Assembly (NCBI GenBank): GCA_038893995.1
Contig: JAWAQK010000012.1
Location: 1 to 51,022 of the forward strand
Length of the DNA stretch: 51,022 bases
Source: Candidatus Thorarchaeota archaeon
Lineage (GTDB): Archaea; Asgardarchaeota; Thorarchaeia; Thorarchaeales; Thorarchaeaceae
Direction: 5' to 3'
Below the pieces are notes generated by a model, which ran no database searches, was not told the origin of the DNA, and saw only the letters and a list, made by a program, of their open reading frames with translations. Within the stretch, counting starts at the first letter, position 1. Each line of letters begins with the position of its first letter. Position numbers and translations under genes: made by a program. This document shows, one piece after another, positions 49,020-51,022 of the stretch.

Positions 49020-51022
49020 TTGCCGGAACAGAGGGTACTCCTGAAATCGGTCAAGTTGAAGGGCTTTCTCTCCTTCCGAGAGGGGACTGTCGAGTTCAGC
49101 CCAGGTCTTAACGTAGTGGTCGGACCAAATGGTTCCGGTAAGTCAAGCATATTTCATGCGATCAAGTTTGCCCTTGGCTCGAATCAGAGAGAGGGCAGAT
49201 ACGAGCGGTGGAGTGGCTTTGTAAGACACGGTGAAGACTCAGCCTACGTAGAGGTCACAGTCGAGGTCGAAGGGAAGGAGAAGCGGCTGGGTCGAAAGAT
49301 AGACCGCGATGGAGTCCCTCGGTGCTATGTCGACGGACGGATAGTGAAGGCGGGCGTACTTCGTTCTGAAGTGGAACGACTGGGATTCAACGTAGACAAT
49401 ACACTGGTATTCATGCCCCAGGAGCGGATCAATGCTCTCCGCGACCTCGACCCGATAGAGGTTAGAAATCTGGTTGAGGAGGGAACGGGTCTAGCGGTCA
49501 TGAGAGACCAGATCGCAGACCAGCAGATGTTGATATCTCACGACAGTGAGATTCTTGAGTCCACGATCAGCGAACGAACACTTGTTGAACACGAACTTCA
49601 GCTGATTCAGCGCGACCTACAGCGTCTCTTCCGCAAGAGACAGTTGCTTGACACCCGAGTCAAGTTGCAACTAGAACTACAATGGGCCTCTCTGGACGAG
49701 CTCGTGTCGCTTGAGATGCGTCTCATGGACGAGATAGACCGTCACAAGGAGGGCCTATCAAGCCTGGCAAGGGAGATCCAGGCAGTGGAGAGCGACATGG
49801 CATCGTATCAGAAACAGCAGAACGTCATACAGGAAAGAATCGAGTCCGTTCAACAAGAGATTGGAGCAATCAAGACCCTGCTCGAGGAAAGAGGGAAACA
49901 ACTGTCCGACACCAGAGGAAAGAATGAGAGATCCCTAGCCGAGCTGAGACATCTGCAACAGAGTATACGCGAGGCGGAGAGTCGTATCTCCGAGTTTTCC
50001 GGTCAATTGAAACGGATCTCTGCAGACAAGGAGCGGCTCAGTGACATGAGGGCACTTCGGTCCTCAGAGATGTCTGCACTGCAGGCTGAGTTGGAAAAGG
50101 TCGAGCGCGATCTGGAGGCATATTCGGAGTGGAATGAGAAGAGGACCGAAGCACAGACTCGTCACAGGGAGATACTGGCCGAGATGAGGGCCCTAGAGGC
50201 CGAGCATAGGGCCTTGGTCCGTAGTATGCAGAGAGATCAGGCTGAGCTTGACGAGATCATGCGGAGATGGGGGCACATCTGGACGATCCTTGAGAGGGCA
50301 GACAGGTCGGACCTCGAGAGGAAGAGGACTACACTGCAGTCAGAAGTCACAAGGTACGACAGGACTCTATACGAGCTACGTTCTGAGATGGATCGACTCC
50401 AGAGAGAGTCACAGGACCTTCATACCCGGCTACAAGAGACATCCGGGCATGTGCCAGAATCCGTCCTGCGTCTAAAGGAGGCCATACGGGATCATGGTCT
50501 GAATGATGTGGTTGGGCCTCTGCTGGACATGTTGCCCTGTGATAGTGAATACGCCAGAGCTCTCGACGCTGTTCTGATGGGAGACTTGCCGTTCTCATTC
50601 ATTGTGCGTGAAAGAGCAGACTTTCTACTACTGGAACGTCTTCGTGACAAGTACAATGCGCCTTCCCCGGTGATATTGATTCAGGAACGCGATGAGCATC
50701 CCCCTCTCCCAGATAGTCAAGGTGTGATCGGCTGGCTATGGGACCTGGTCACGGCTGACGAGTCTGTCAGAGAACTACTGAGAGGTGCACTTGGTGAGGT
50801 ACTGCTTGTGGATAGCAACAGGGCCGCGATGAACTTGGTCCCCCAGGGCTCACTCACGGTGGTCACCGCTGGTGGCAATGTGCTAGTCCACGGGCCGAAC
50901 AGCACCATAAGCTATCCCCTTAGAGAGCAGACGGGTCTGGTATCGACCGCACCGCTCCATCGTCGGCTCGAAGAGATCGAGCAGCGTATGAGCCATCTCC
51001 TAAGAGATGTCGCAGAGGCCGA
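49020..51022 (+). CDS. SMC5/6-related SMC ATPase (partial, runs off the window)
   Basis: Manual translation from TTG 49020: LKGFLSF...LNVVVGPNGSGKSSI (Walker A), LGFNVDNTLVFMPQERI (Q-loop), a long coiled coil, and a hinge-like segment VVGPLLDML...ALDAVLMGDLPFSFIV starting near 50481 in the same frame. Confidence 0.85.
   Translation, partial: MPEQRVLLKSVKLKGFLSFREGTVEFSPGLNVVVGPNGSGKSSIFHAIKFALGSNQREGRYERWSGFVRHGEDSAYVEVTVEVEGKEKRLGRKIDRDGVPRCYVDGRIVKAGVLRSEVERLGFNVDNTLVFMPQERINALRDLDPIEVRNLVEEGTGLAVMRDQIADQQMLISHDSEILESTISERTLVEHELQLIQRDLQRLFRKRQLLDTRVKLQLELQWASLDELVSLEMRLMDEIDRHKEGLSSLAREIQAVESDMASYQKQQNVIQERIESVQQEIGAIKTLLEERGKQLSDTRGKNERSLAELRHLQQSIREAESRISEFSGQLKRISADKERLSDMRALRSSEMSALQAELEKVERDLEAYSEWNEKRTEAQTRHREILAEMRALEAEHRALVRSMQRDQAELDEIMRRWGHIWTILERADRSDLERKRTTLQSEVTRYDRTLYELRSEMDRLQRESQDLHTRLQETSGHVPESVLRLKEAIRDHGLNDVVGPLLDMLPCDSEYARALDAVLMGDLPFSFIVRERADFLLLERLRDKYNAPSPVILIQERDEHPPLPDSQGVIGWLWDLVTADESVRELLRGALGEVLLVDSNRAAMNLVPQGSLTVVTAGGNVLVHGPNSTISYPLREQTGLVSTAPLHRRLEEIEQRMSHLLRDVAEA

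Overview
Gene-dense archaeal chromosomal window. Archaeal markers include rps17e, a thermosome subunit, an ATP-dependent DNA ligase, the HMG-CoA synthase/thiolase/DUF35 triad, a geranylgeranyl reductase and TATA-type promoters. A longin-like gene, a V4R/Bet3-like gene and an SMC5/6-related gene suggest an Asgard archaeon, probably Thorarchaeia; this is an inference. Most of the window is housekeeping: GGR, NadE, P-type ATPase, MetRS, FolE2 plus PTPS, ligase, KorAB, TrxB, upper mevalonate pathway, a CoaD-DUF359 fusion, Nnr and NfnAB/SudAB. I recognised no rRNA, tRNA, CRISPR array or transposase. Two loci stand out. (1) At 1.9-5.4 kb, an APC amino-acid permease plus a Zn-motif/V4R(Bet3)-like gene converge on a stand-alone 8-TM sensor-like gene plus a longin-like gene, a candidate proto-TRAPP or nutrient-sensing module. 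(2) At 44.4-51 kb, a MoxR ATPase plus an HExxH-peptidase/VWA gene lie back-to-back with a catalytically dead classical AAA+ gene apparently co-transcribed with an SMC5/6-related SMC. Also notable: a ~175-nt nested-stem intergenic RNA candidate at 33.4-33.6 kb, a PTPS-III-type (Glu, not Cys) pterin enzyme, a dead HerA-like ATPase, a frameshifted SCP2 gene and a small protein with an acidic tail. All family calls come from manual motif recognition; no database searches were run.
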